The translations under genes were made by a program, and so were the position numbers. Below, piece after piece: positions 1-12,944 of a stretch of 64,000 nt of DNA (positions are counted from its first letter, which is position 1; every line of letters starts with the position of its first letter). A model generated the notes under the pieces. That model saw nothing but the letters and a program-made list of their open reading frames with translations, did not search any database and was not told the DNA's origin. Source of the stretch: Octopus sinensis (lineage: Eukaryota); contig NC_043008.1 of assembly GCF_006345805.1 (NCBI RefSeq), positions 9,362,001-9,426,000 of the forward strand, in the 5' to 3' direction.

Positions 1-84
1 ATATATACATAATATATATATATGCATGCATGCACACACAAACACATGCGTGCACACACACACACACACACACATGCACACATA

Positions 85-985
85 TATCATCTTCTTGAAA
101 CATCTGTTTTCCACTCTGGCATCGGCTGGATGGTTTGATAGGATCCAGTGAGCTGCAAGGTAGAAATAGTGTGGCCAGGAATAATAATGAGGAACTGAAG
201 TGGTTTTAGGTGTTGGAGGGAGGGAGGAAGGGAGGAAGGTAGGCATCAGAAAGGAGGGGATGTAATATGGGGCCGATTTTGCTCTCAGGCAATAACAGCC
301 ACCACATACTACCATCGATAGAAGAATGATAGGTATTAAGGGAATGAGAACTGGGGGAAATAATGCTTGATGGTATAGAAGGAGAGAGAAGTGAGACAGG
401 GCCCTGCACCTATAAACATAACTGAGTGGTTTTAGGATATCATGTTTGCCATGATGGATTGGTCTTCTCAAGAATAGTAAATCACCAAATATATATCAGC
501 CCTCTGTCGTCTTTTCTATAAGGCTCAACATTTTAAGCCATCAAAACTTCATCCTGGATCTTCATGGATCTTCCTGGATCTCCCTGTTCCACAAATTCTG
601 TGCATTTTAAGCAATTGGCACTTTTTTATACAACTGTTCTCATCCATATGCATCACATTATCAAAGCAGTGTCTTCTCTCTTGCGCATTACGGCTGATTC
701 TTCTTATGTCTAATTTTCCCCTCAGCACCATTAACACTTTATCGTACAAGCACACTGACATTGCACATCCAATGAAACATACTAGCTTCATTCCTCTCTA
801 GTTTTCACAGATCTACATTCAGGGCCCACCGCTCACTACCTTGTAACATTGCTGCACATGCACCAGCATCACATAATCTGCCTTTCACTCAGAGAGAAAG
901 ACCTTTTGTTGCCAACAGGGGTTATAGCTCTCCTGGCTTTCTCTCCATCCTGTTTTCATTCTAACAACAAATTGGAGATGGGGGT
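85..985 (-). mobile_element. Degenerate 3' fragment of an RTE-clade LINE (ORF2 C-terminus plus 3' tail)
   Basis: Minus-strand translation gives LLATKGLSLRVKGRLCDAG..ERWALN..KLERNEASM and ..ERRHCFDNVMHMDENSCIKKC..GTGRSRKIH, matching RTE post-RT motifs (RLRWFGHVxRM, GRPRKTW). It has stops and frameshifts. The 85-180 segment resembles the tail of the SINE at 4393-4660. Confidence 0.75.
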
Positions 986-989
986 TATG

Positions 990-1600
990 TGATTTTTGAA
1001 CGCATCAAAAAGCTGTCAGTGGATATACACTCTTTTGCAGCAGTCAATACTGTGTCTAACACGACCCATCATCTGAAATTTTGAGACTTCTGTCAGGTTT
1101 TTGTCTTACATCACACATAAAGTAAATTTTGAGGAACTGTGGTTATTCATTTGCGGGTAACAGGGAACCAATGAGGTGATAGACTTGCCCTTGAACTTTG
1201 ACGTTGGGGTAAATTCATGTTTATCTATCTTCTTAGATGCACTAAACGATGCTATTTGAAATGCAGAGTTGTATTGTCTGATATTGTTCACAAAATCCTT
1301 TGACTGGATGGAAATGCCTTCAGGAAGATCCATAAGAGGTTGAGAAGGAGCTGGTAGTGCTGGCAATGTTACCTGACTGCCTGGGCAGCACATACCATTT
1401 GTTTCATTTGAAAATTTTAAAGCTCTACATAAACGACAATTTGTGTTTAGCACACCAATTTGGACAGAGTTATCATTTTTATAAGAATGGAACGGATCAT
1501 ATCTGAAAATAGCTTCAGGAGTTGTGAAGAACGAATTTGTACATTGTCTGTTTCTGAGAGCTATTCTATTGGACTTCAGTCTAATCATTAAAACATTGAA
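990..1600 (-). mobile_element. Helitron RepHel N-terminal fragment (pseudogenised)
   Basis: ORF 1106-1606 encodes IGVLNTNCRLCRALKFSNETNGMCCPGSQVTLP..FVNNIRQYNSAFQIASFSA. After a frameshift it continues QVQGQVYHLIGSLLP..FLKIYF. These are characteristic Helitron Zn-finger and helicase-associated N-terminal motifs. Confidence 0.85.
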
Positions 1601-2169
1601 ACACACACATTATTTATGTGTGTGTGTGTGCGTGTTTGGATGTATAGAATTTCTTCCGTAATATTTGATTTGACTTTATAATTTCATTTCATTCTGCTGA
1701 GGCTGCTTTTCTCCACTGACCATTGTCAATGCCGTAATTTATTTCTATGAAATATGGAAATCAAATTAATAGAATTATTGATTCCTCATCAACAGACAAG
1801 GATTAGAATCATTTATCTGTGCACGAGAGAGAGAGAGAGTGTACTTTCATATGTCCTTACTTCTGTGTGTACGTATATGTGTGTTTGTTTCTAAGTGTGT
1901 ATATGTGAATTAATTTCAAGTCATAGGTTTAATTTCGTATTAGGGCACAAAAGACACGGGCTTTTGCAAGTGGGATGAAAGAATGAGAAGTTGGGATTAA
2001 GGGGGTTTTGTGAATGAGATGATGAAATGAAAGTCAGTTGGATGAAGGGATGGTGGTGCTGTGTGTGTGTGTGTGTGTGGGTGGTGGTGGTGGAATAATG
2101 TTAATTTTCTAATGTATGTAGATGTTATATTTAACATGAAACATAGTTAATGATTGAAATGATGGTGGC

Positions 2170-2505
2170 AGTGGTTGGTGAAAGAGAGGGAGGGAGGGAG
2201 GAAGAGAGAGAGAGAAGTAGAAGGGGAAGAGAAGGCTAGAGAGGAGAGGAGGAGGGGAGGAGGAGGAGGAGAAAAGAAGAAGAAGAGAGAAGAAGAAGAA
2301 GAAGAGAAGAAGAAGAAGGGGAAAAAGAAGAAAGAAGACGAAGAAGAAGAAGAAGAAGAAGAAGAAGAAAGGGAACAAGAAGAGAAGAAGACAAAGAAGA
2401 AGAAGAAGAAGAAAAGGAAGAAAGAGAAGAAGAAGAAGAAGAAGGAAGAAGAAGAAGAAGAAGAAGAAGAAGGAGAAGAAGAAGAAGAAGAAGATGGAGG
2501 CAAGT
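2170..2505 (+). repeat. Polypurine (GAA/GGA)n tract
   Basis: About 330 bp almost entirely purine on the + strand; directly visible. Confidence 0.95.
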
Positions 2506-2649
2506 AGTATTTGGTAGAATTGTTAGAAAGTTGGGAAAATGATTTGCTGTGTTTCTTTGAGCTGAAGCATAGGAGCTGATGGCGTCAACTTAATCCCTCT
2601 CATTAGAAAACATCATCATCATTATTATTATCATTATTATTATTCTGTT

Positions 2650-2776
2650 GGCGTCGACTTTGCCTTTCATCCTCGAGTGGCTGATAAAATAAGCACCAGT
2701 TGATCAGTGGGGGTCGATTGTCACTGACTCAACCTCCTCCCCTAAAGTTGCTGGCCTTGGGCCAAAATTTGAAACC
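2650..2776 (+). mobile_element. SINE family A, 3' part
   Basis: gtcgactttgcctttcatcc..gataaaataagcaccagttg..ggccttgggccaaaatttgaaacc followed by an (ATT)n tail. Confidence 0.65.
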
Positions 2777-3032
2777 GTTATTATTATTATCATTATTATT
2801 ATTGATAAAAATAATAACAATCAAAATCATAACAACAACAACGACAATAATAAGAGAACCAGAGTCTACAATTGTTCTCTGTTGCAACAGAGAATAATAA
2901 TTAATAGGTAGGAACGCAAGTGAGAGGCAGTGACAGGGAATGATAATTACTACAAGAATTTATGGGATTTTCTCACAGAGACTGACCATACTATGGAAGC
3001 AAGAAGAGCAAATATGATTATAGAGGACAAAA

Positions 3033-3257
3033 CGGTGGCAAGCTGGTAAAATCATTAGCAGAATGGACAAAATATTCCATGGTGTTTCTTTTGGTTCTTT
3101 ATGTTCTGAGTTCAAATTCTGCTGAGATTGACTTTGCTTTTCAGGGTTGATAAAATAGTATCAGTTTTAAATTGGGGTTGATGTAATCAACAGCCCCCCC
3201 CTCAACCTACACACAAAAAATTGCAGGCCTTGTGCTGATAGTAGAAAGGATTACTGT
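3033..3257 (+). mobile_element. SINE family A (tRNA-derived), diverged full-length copy
   Basis: A-box-like gcaagctggtaaaa, B-box gagttcaaattc, central gactttgcttttca, tail ggccttgtgctgatagtagaaaggatta. Confidence 0.75.
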
Positions 3258-3862
3258 TATTACCTCCTCCTTAGAGAAGGCAGAAGCATTGTTTCTAGTT
3301 GGTGAGCTGGCAGAAACGTTAGCACGCTGGTCGAAATGCCTAGTAGTATTTCATCTGCTATTATGTTCTGAGTTCAAATTCCGCTGAGGTCGACTTTGCC
3401 TTTCATCCTTTCGGGGTTGATTAAATAAGTACCATTTAATCACTGGGTCGATATAATCGACTTAATCCCTTTGTTTGTCCTTGTTTGTCCCCTGTATGTT
3501 TAGCTACCTGTGGGTAATAAAGAAATAATTGTTTCTAGTCATGTTTGTTTGTCTGTGGACAAGATATCTCAAGAACTGCTGGATGGATCCGGATGAAAGT
3601 TTCAGGGATGTTTGGCCTCTTGACTGGCAAAAACTGATTAGATTTGGGGATCAGTTCAGTACCAGACAAGGATTCTGGATTACTTTTCCTGTTTTTTTAC
3701 TTAATTTTTGAGAGCGGTCAGGTTCATTTTTAATATTCTCATTTGTGAGAGCAGTCGAGTTTATTTCAGATATTCTCTTTTTAAAAATCATCTCTGTCTA
3801 ATAGTTGAGAGGACATTGGTATTGTCTTGGTGGGAGTTTGCACTCTCTGAGTGCTCTTCTTA
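3258..3862 (+). mobile_element. Non-autonomous Helentron/HINE-like element interrupted by a SINE
   Basis: Starts tattacctcc.. and ends ..cttggtgggagtttgcactctctgagtgctcttct. It has an internal tgtttgtttgtctgt microsatellite and ggatggatccggatgaaagtttcagg. This layout resembles HINE/DINE-1-like elements (recalled, not searched). Confidence 0.55.
3300..3527 (+). mobile_element. SINE family A2 with 12-bp TSD
   Basis: Head ggtgagctggcagaaacgttagc, B-box gagttcaaattcc, A2 tail gtttgtccttgtttgtcccc..ggtaataaagaaata. TSD attgtttctagt at 3288-3299 and 3528-3539. Confidence 0.9.
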
Positions 3863-4286
3863 CTGTTACTATTAAAACCATCATATGTTATATGAGTTAG
3901 CAGGGATGTTGTCCTGAAATTTGGCAACAACAAGTCTCCTCACATCTCAAGGAATTTTCTAGGGATTCTTCCACACATACACACATACACACACAGTCAC
4001 ACACAAAGAGAAATACAGCATATATATATGTGACATACCAAACTTACTTCATTTTCATATATCTACCATGAACCCATTTTCATACATCTGCTATGAATCC
4101 ATTTCTCACATCTCGTACACAACACCGCATTTGCCATTAACCTCCTCCCACATACACACATGGATCCACCTTACTCCCTAACACTTCTTCTTCCACCCAA
4201 CTCACTATCACCTTTGTCTTCCCGAATTTTACCTTCAAACCCATGCAGTTTATTCTTTGCAAAGTTCTTCCAACATATAATAGTAC

Positions 4287-4289
<3 letters not shown>

Positions 4290-4322
<33 letters not shown>

Positions 4323-4362
4323 CCATCATCACCACCACCACCACCACCACCACCACCACACC

Positions 4363-4395
<33 letters not shown>

Positions 4396-4660
4396 GTTTA
4401 ACGTCCATTTTCCATGCTAGCATGGGTTGGACGGTGCGACCAGGGTCTGGGAAGCCAGGAGGCTGCACCAGGCTCCAGTCTGATCTGGCAGTTTCTACAG
4501 CTGGATGCCCTTCCTAACGCCAACCACTCTGTGAGTGTAGTGGGTGCTTTTTACGTGCCAGGCGAGGCTGACAACGGCCACAATCGGTTGGTGCTTTTTA
4601 CGTGCCACCGGCACGGAAGCCAGTCAAGGTGGCACTGGCATTGGCCAGCGGTGCTGTTGC
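4290..4660 (-). mobile_element. SINE/LINE-tail family B with (TGA)n tail
   Basis: Minus strand gtggcacgtaaaaagcacc..ttggcgttaggaagggcatccagctgtagaaac..ccaacccatgctagcatggaaaatggacgttaaacga, then a (TGA/TGG)n tail at 4290-4392. Confidence 0.75.
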
Positions 4661-4889
4661 AGTAAATTAATTCATCTTTTACTCTGCTGAAGACAGCAAG
4701 GAGCAGAGTTAAAATCATTGTCAGACTCTTTCTATTCACTTAACAGGGTAAAAGGTTGATGAATTCATTATCCGCACCAACCTGACGTGCTGTTGGAAAA
4801 TATCAACAGCTCAAAATTGCACGGGTTAATGGACTGTACGCTCATCTGGTTCCAACTAAATATGCTTAGAGAACAAATGGCTACTCTAT

Positions 4890-5475
4890 CATTCACACAT
4901 GCATGGATGTACACAGACATACATGCACATGCAAACATACATGCAAACACACTCACACACCTATGTATTTGTACATTCACAAATATATATATATGTGTGT
5001 GTGTGTGTACATGTAAATGTATATACACATCCATCCACCCTCCCACATACACACATATACATATATATAAAATTGTGTATGTATGCATGAATATATATGT
5101 ATGTATATATATATTATATATATATATATAATATATATATAGAGAGAGAGAGAGATGAAGAGAGAGAGAGAGAGAGAGATATACAGATATCGATATAGAA
5201 AGATAGATAGATAGATAGAGGGAGAGAGAGTGATAGAAGATAGATGTAGATAGATATATATGTGCACATATAAATGTACATCTGTATATATGCACATATA
5301 TATGCACACACACACACACACATACAACATATATACACATATATTATATAGATACATATATATATGTAAATGTAGGTATACATACATATCTGTGCATGTG
5401 CCTTTTTGTGTGTGCCTGTGTGTGTGTGTGTGCATGGGTGTGTGTGTGCATGGGTGTGTGTATGTGTGTGTAAAT
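4890..5475. repeat. Compound (TA)/(CA)/(GA)/(GATA) microsatellite
   Basis: Directly visible. Confidence 0.95.
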
Positions 5476-5645
5476 ATATCTTTGCCAGAAATAAAATGTC
5501 AAAGTAGCCATTTCTTGAAGTCATTATTTCTAAAGAAACAATACCCAGCAGGAAGGGGGGGGGGAGGGTCCTGGATTTCTAAGAAAAGAATATTCCAGTG
5601 AAATAATATCCTAGTTTTACAATTTCTGCTTCCATTCAGTCAATA

Positions 5646-5684
<39 letters not shown>

Positions 5685-5959
5685 CACTGCCTTTTTTTTT
5701 TTATCATTGTTCATGGCAATACTGAGGCTTACGTTGTTGTTGTTTTTGTTGTTCATTCTATAGATCTCTGTCTGTCTGTCTGTCTGTCTGTGTGTCTCTG
5801 TAATGTTCCTGTCATTGTTATATTGATTTTGTTGTTGTTGTTGTTGTTGTTGCTGTTGTTGTTGTTGGCACTAGAAGAAAATTGCAATCCATTTAATATG
5901 GGGAAATGGACACACACCAGACAAATAAAAAGACACATTTGTTTTTAATACATTCAAGC

Positions 5960-6421
5960 ATGTGTATATACATATATACAGCACACATGCAGATACATTA
6001 TATGTACATATATACACATATACATTCACAAAATCACATACATATATGCATACACACACATATGCACACACACACACACACAACATATATATATATATAT
6101 AAATATATATATGTGTGTGTGTGTGTGTGTGACCACCACCACAACCATTACTACTACTACTACTACTATTACTACAACTACTATATATATATATATATAC
6201 ACACACACACCCATACATACATGCACACATAAATGCTTACGTATATGCATATATACACACATATACATACATAATCATGCTTTTTATTTACAAACCTCAA
6301 CAGCAACAACAACAACAACAATAACAACACAACTACAGCCAAAACTGTTTATAGCGAGGACGACCACCTCAACACTAAACCTGAAACACGACAAACCGAA
6401 AATAACAATACTTGTACTGAA

Positions 6422-6477
<56 letters not shown>

Positions 6478-6844
6478 TGCTGCTGCTGCTGCTGCTGTAG
6501 CTACTATTATTACTACTGCCGCTGTAGCTACTACTACTACTACAACTACTGCTGCTGTTGCAACTACTACTACTACTACCACTACTACTGCTGCTGCTGC
6601 TGCTTTTACTGCTGCTACTACTACTACTACCACTACCATCACTACAACTACCATTACTTCTACTACTACTACTACTACCACAACTACTACTACTATCACT
6701 ACTACTACTACAACTACTACCACAACTAATACTATCACAACTACCACTACTACCACCACCACCACCACCACCACTACTACTACTACTATTACTACTACCA
6801 CTATCACCACTACTACTATCGCCACTACCACCACCACTACCACA

Positions 6845-6891
<47 letters not shown>

Positions 6892-7100
6892 CAAGAAGAA
6901 CAACAGTAATACTACTAGAACCAGCTCCAATACCAGCTCTATAACTATAGCCAACATAGCTATAACTATAGCCTTCATCACCACCTCAACAATTTCCCTT
7001 CGCTCCACCACACCAATGCTCTCAAAGCGTTAACCAGAACTACCAAAACACCAAACTACCATCTCGCCCCACCACCACCACCACCACCACCACCTACAAC
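5960..7100. repeat. Compound (TA/CA)n followed by a long (CTA/CTG/CCA)n trinucleotide array
   Basis: Directly visible; explains the poly-V, poly-L and poly-T ORFs. Confidence 0.95.
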
Positions 7101-7369
7101 CGCCATACTGCTAGCATAGCCAAACTTCTGAAATATTTAAAGACAGAGAAATAAATGTTGTATTGTGTTTGAAATCTTCAATAATATCTTCTTGAAAGAT
7201 GCCATAAAAAGTCTTTAATCTTGTTTTGGTGAGTGGCGAAGGGAGCCGGAACGGAGTTAGTCCTATCAGTCATATAAACCGAGTTTGCGAACAGGGTCTT
7301 AAAAGTATGCTCTGAACTCAGTCAGTCGGGAAATATATTCCTTCTGTAGTGCTTTCCATTATGTGACCG

Positions 7370-7402
<33 letters not shown>

Positions 7403-7561
7403 TTACCTTTGCCAGGGAAACATTCTGTATTGTGTCAAAAGGCACCAGACCCATTAAAAACATAGAATGGTTATACGTATATTATATATGTATGTGTATG
7501 TATCTATATGTACAATATATATATATATATATATTATATATGCATACGTATACACACACAT

Positions 7562-7593
<32 letters not shown>

Positions 7594-7657
7594 GTATATA
7601 CACATACATACATATATATATATACATAGATATACACATATATATGTATATACACAT

Positions 7658-7690
<33 letters not shown>

Positions 7691-7750
7691 CACATATATA
7701 TATGTATATACACATACATTCATACATACACACACACACACCTATATACA
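7370..7750. repeat. (GT)/(TA)/(CA) microsatellite
   Basis: Directly visible. Confidence 0.95.
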
Positions 7751-7789
7751 TGAGTAACCACGTAAATGCAAAACAAGTTGGAAAAAATA

Positions 7790-8752
7790 GTACTCGATTA
7801 CTGAAGGTAGAGTATGCTTTTTTTTATTAAAGCTACAAAAACATCACAAAAACTGCTACTCAGGGTTTCACATTCCATTCTTTATCACAATTGCTCGACG
7901 AGCAAGAACGTGAAATTTAGAGTTACCGTTTTCCCAATGTTCAGCATGTTCACTGCTGAAATTGTGATGTTTAACTCCTCTGTGATGCAGAAGTTGCATT
8001 TACTGCCTCGTATGTTATATTTACTGGCCTTATCTATAATGCTTCAGTTTATTTTAAAGTTTGTCCATAGTCCTATCTTTAAGTTTCCGTGCCATATTAC
8101 ACAAAGATTTTGTATGTAATGGGTCATCCCATAAATAATGTGTTTTTTTTTCAGTTGCATGAACTAAAAGTCGAAGGGGACGGTATATACTACCTGCATA
8201 AAAGTTCTATTAAAAATCTTGTGATATTTATTTATACGAGTGTGAGAAGTGGGTATCTATACGTTTTAGAAATTGTCAAGCTATATTTGTAGTCACGCTC
8301 GTGCTGTATGGGGGATTATACCAGAAAATCTTCCTACGTCTACGTCATTGTAGTTCAAGTTTGGCTCGATATACGTTGTATTGTTCTTAAAATTGGATCT
8401 TTCTAATGAGGAGTTGTAATAGTGAGCTACTTTTTGAAGGTTGTTTCATCAGAGAACAAGCTGGACACATGCCTACTAATACAATTAACTATCGAGCTGT
8501 ATGATTATTGATGTTGAAGGGTTAGTCTCCGTCGATTTAGTCTGTGTCTTCATATGGTTTATGGAATGTTTTATATACGACTGTAATAATATTCATAATA
8601 ATATCTACCAACTTCAGTAAGACGAATTCTAACTGTATTTTTTAAGTTGAGTTAAATATACTGCATAATTTTTGTTCTATCTAATCCATAACGTGGCCAT
8701 TATTATTAGGTACTTCTCCTAAAATATCGTCTGTGTATAACCGTATACAGGC
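7790..8752 (-). mobile_element. Decayed Penelope-like element (RT C-terminus, linker, GIY-YIG C-terminus, terminal repeat)
   Basis: Minus-strand peptides: RLYTDDILG (catalytic YxDD, ~8727-8738); RRRRKIFWYNPPYSTSVTTNI..FLKRIDTHF..KYHKIFNR; IIDKASKYNIRGSKCNFCITEEL. These match PLE RT-thumb and endonuclease motifs, with many stops. Confidence 0.85.
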
Positions 8753-9209
8753 GCCTTTATTTAAAAGTATGTTAAATGTAGAGATGACCTAGACCGCTAT
8801 TCTCTTCCACCATTGCTCCCCACAGTGACGTCAAAGAGTTCACCTCCATTTTTTTTCAACCAACATGCATTCTCTTGCATTCATTATACTGACTATATCA
8901 GCATTAGTAACAGCAATATACGTTTTACTGAATTCAAGTGATTTTTGTAGGAAACTTTTTGTCTGAACGTAAATACTTGCAAAATACCAAGGCCAATAAA
9001 AGGAAAACAAGAGCTAAAGAATTCCCTAAATATCGTTTGCCTCTTGCCTGTGTATCCGTTAATTTTGAAGTCGCGTACAAATTCGTGTAAACTCACAGAA
9101 TCCCATACAATATGGATATGATTGCCAACATGTTAAAATGGAAAGCTTGGAAAATTGTGAAGTTTTACAAATGAAACCATTAGTAGCACTATTAACCAAC
9201 AAATAAAGT

Positions 9210-9289
9210 ATGTGCGTGTATTTACACACGCACACACATGCATATATATATACGTATGTATGTATGCTTATATATATATATATATATAT

Positions 9290-9344
<55 letters not shown>

Positions 9345-9391
9345 ATATGTATGTATACACACGCATATATATACGTATGTATGCATGCTTA

Positions 9392-9427
<36 letters not shown>

Positions 9428-9488
9428 TGTATGTATGTATGTATGTATGTATGATAGATAGATGAATGGATAGATAGATAGATAGATG

Positions 9489-9535
<47 letters not shown>

Positions 9536-9570
9536 GATGGAGAGATAGATGGATGGACGTATGCATGTAT
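9210..9570. repeat. (GT)/(ATGT)/(GATA) microsatellite
   Basis: Directly visible. Confidence 0.95.
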
Positions 9571-9889
9571 GTCTGACCTCTACGTGGGAGGTTTACATGC
9601 TGGAATCAAGAGCAATCTTTCATGTCAATGCAAATGATAGGAAACATAAAAATGGCGTTTATCATGGAAATCGTCAGTGTGAATTACTTTCCTAGCTTTT
9701 TGTTAGACGTGAGACATTTTCTTTCTTTCGTCTTTTTTTTTTGTTTTTGTCTTTGAACAATCTGTCTCTGATACAAAGAATCTCAATGCTGTGTTTCAAA
9801 CCATATATTTAACACAAATTATCAAATCAGTTATCAAGAAATTGACCACTAAATTGTCTGTTTCCCAGGCAACGACGGTTATCTTACAA

Positions 9890-9951
<62 letters not shown>

Positions 9952-10018
9952 TATATATATATACATATATATTACATATATACATATATATACACATATA
10001 CACATATATATACACACA

Positions 10019-10054
<36 letters not shown>

Positions 10055-10065
10055 TTATTTATATA

Positions 10066-10123
<58 letters not shown>

Positions 10124-10152
10124 AATATATGTATATATATACACTGGGATTA

Positions 10153-10193
<41 letters not shown>

Positions 10194-10200
10194 TATTATA
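9890..10200. repeat. Long (TA)n microsatellite
   Basis: Directly visible. Confidence 0.95.
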
Positions 10201-10369
10201 TATAAGATTAATCAGCCGAAATTGCTAAGATGATCTGGTTCTTGACTGATGACTGAGGCTTCGAATGTCCCGTCCTGTGGTTCTTGTGTCGTCTCTGTGG
10301 TGTTTCATGTTCTTGTCCATGTCTGTAATTATTTTTACTGTTTACCTATATATATATATATATATATAT

Positions 10370-10780
10370 ATGACCTGCCTTCCACACCACTCCTTTAATT
10401 CTACTGCTGCTTGCCACTAGCCATTGTCCACCATACACACACATACACACACACTCACACACTCACACACACACCCTTGTCATCTCGCACACTTTTGTTT
10501 ACCATTCCTTCTTTGATTCAGCTCTACTGTTTTTGAAAACATGTTCCTCCTTTTTTACCACTTCCGTCTTTTCAGTATGTGACCTCGTGAAGACCACTTG
10601 CAATTTTTTTTCCTCTGTCCTCCCACCTCGGGATCTTTCTTTCTCCTATGTTTCCGACGAAGAGCTCCGCTCGAAACGTCATACCCTCCTTCTTCCCTTC
10701 TTTCTGAGCGTCCAATAATACTTATTGTTCCACATCCTCGCGTTGTTTTTTTTTGTTTTCTTGTTTGGATTAACTTTATA
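10370..10780 (+). mobile_element. PLE-type terminal-repeat element in a (TA)n tract, carrying a hammerhead-like motif
   Basis: 10600-10775 is near-identical to 49715-49890; both copies are flanked by (TA)n. Confidence 0.7.
10650..10684 (+). ncRNA. Minimal type-I hammerhead-like motif, U4C core variant
   Basis: GUUU-CCGACGA-A-GAGC(UCC)GCUC-GAAA-CG-UC-AUAC: 4-bp stem II, palindromic stem III, GUC cleavage triplet; stem I 3/4 paired. Confidence 0.6.
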
Positions 10781-10803
10781 TATATATATACACACATATA
10801 TAC

Positions 10804-10868
<65 letters not shown>

Positions 10869-11584
10869 TATGTACATGTATGCCTTGGTTAGTGTATAGC
10901 TATATAACTAAGAATGAAGAAATAAAACTCTGATCTGGCTGCAACCGTCTAAGGAATCTTTTTACACGAATCATTAAATCACTTATAGTAAGATACTGGA
11001 ACGGTTGCCATCACTCACAGAGAAGCCTGCTAAACAACAGCATATAAGTCGAAGAAATTACTTTTGCTCCCAAAATCTCAATCTGCACCAAAAGAAGATT
11101 AATGTTTAACATTAGATTTAAATGTATTATATAACAGACAATTCGTCAAATTACTGAATAATTAATTCAATTACCAAACTGCATGTTTTACACCCGTTTT
11201 TCCATGTTTACTCTGGTTAGATGGGACCTTTATTGTTGATGTTCTTGTTGTAATTGAAACAGTCGATTTCAAGCCGATGTCTCTTTTTATTACGAACACA
11301 TCTCAACAGTGATGTATAAATTGCACTGTGACAACCAGAATTATTTGTCTTGACTGGAAGGAACCCATCTCAACAGTTTCAAGTCTACAAGTTCAATAGT
11401 CTATCAATTTAATCTCACATCTTTTATTTGCTATTTATATAAAATGCAGGGATGTGAAATAATCGATTTTCCAGAACAGAAACCAACAAAATCTACTAAA
11501 CAATAAAACTGCAATAAGTTAAATCCGTTTCGTTACAGCAGAAATCTGATTTTTGGGGAAATAATTTATAAAGTACTACAACTG

Positions 11585-11626
11585 TATATATATATATGTG
11601 ATATACACACACACACACACACACAC

Positions 11627-11660
<34 letters not shown>

Positions 11661-11810
11661 ACACACATATATATACACATATATATATATATATACACAT
11701 ATATATATATATAATATAATATATAATATAATATATTATATATATATATATATATCTATATATATATTATATATATATATATACATATTATATTATATAT
11801 ATATATGAGC
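11585..11810. repeat. (TA)/(CA) microsatellite
   Basis: Directly visible. Confidence 0.95.
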
Positions 11811-11821
11811 AATAATAATAA

Positions 11822-12203
11822 TCTTTTCTATTATAGGCACAAGGCCTAAATTTTGGGGGAGGGGGTAAGTCGATTATATCGACCCCAGTGCGTAACTGGT
11901 ACTTATTTAAATGACCCCCAAAAGGATTGAAAGGCAAAGTTGACCTCGACGGAATTTGAACTCAGAACATAACGACAGACGAAATACCAATTTTTTTACT
12001 ACCCACAAGGGGCTAAAAACAGAGAGGACACAGAAGGACAGACAAACGGATTAAGTCGATTATATCGACCCCAGTGCGTAACTGGTACTTATTTAATCGA
12101 CCCCGAAAGGATGAAAGGCAAAGTCGACCTCGGCGAAAGTTGAACTCAGAACGTAGCGGCAGTTGAAATATCACTAAGCATTTCGCCCAGCCTGCTAACA
12201 GTC

Positions 12204-12204
<1 letters not shown>
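11822..12204 (-). mobile_element. Dimeric SINE A2+A (A2 full-length joined to the A body at ggtatttcgtc)
   Basis: Two copies of the central gtcgactttgcctttcatcc..aagtaccagtt domain; junction at ~11986-11992. Confidence 0.9.
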
Positions 12205-12268
<64 letters not shown>

Positions 12269-12944
12269 TAATAGTAATAAGGGTTATTACGAAGTGCAAA
12301 ACGTTTTAAGTAATCCCTTACTATTTACACATGCGCACACAACAATGTTTCGCCGGGTGGAAATACTTCTGTTTGGGGTATTATTCCCTAGGTTTCCAAG
12401 GATTTCTTTTTATCACACTTTATTTAAGGGATTCCTTTCATTTCCGTATGAATATATATATAAATAAAAATCATTAGAAAAATCAGTTTATTAGACGAAG
12501 TCCAATAAATGCCATCAAATAAATGGAGCATGTTTTTTTATGCTTATATGGATAATTTATTTAATTTAACCAGACACCTGTTTCTGTCTGTCGCAAAAGA
12601 CTATATTTCAGGTATACAATTGAAGAATATTTCAACAAAACTAATACACATTATTCTATTAAGTCATTTGGAATTCATCAGTGGATAATAATTAAATGTT
12701 TTAATACTTAAAGTTAGGACCTTTAGTTTTCTTCTTCGTGATCCTTATATTCATTCCGTTTCCTTACTAATTTATTTCTTTCACTCGCCAAATCAAATTC
12801 GAAAACGAATTTAACTTAATTAGCATTCAGTGTATATGTGTGAATGTATGTGCGCGCGTGTGTGCATGTGAGTTTGTGAGTGTGTATTTGTGAGTGCGTG
12901 TGTGTATTTGTGTGTATCTCTCTCACCTTTCTCTCTGCACATGA

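Noticed and set aside
2109-2507. Lys/Glu-rich and Phe/Ser-rich ORFs
   Set aside because: Read-through of a (GAA)n tract; no domain content.
7199-7235. Possible 30-nt micro-exon (aag|ATGCC..TTTTG|gtgagt)
   Set aside because: Good donor but weak acceptor; no recognisable peptide or neighbouring exons.
4768-7757. Long Y/I/H/T/V-rich ORFs (up to 220 aa)
   Set aside because: Di- and trinucleotide microsatellites that lack stop codons in several frames.
8950-9100. Open frames after tttttgtag (GNFLSERKYLQ...)
   Set aside because: Open in several frames on both strands with no recognisable protein; cannot be supported as an exon.
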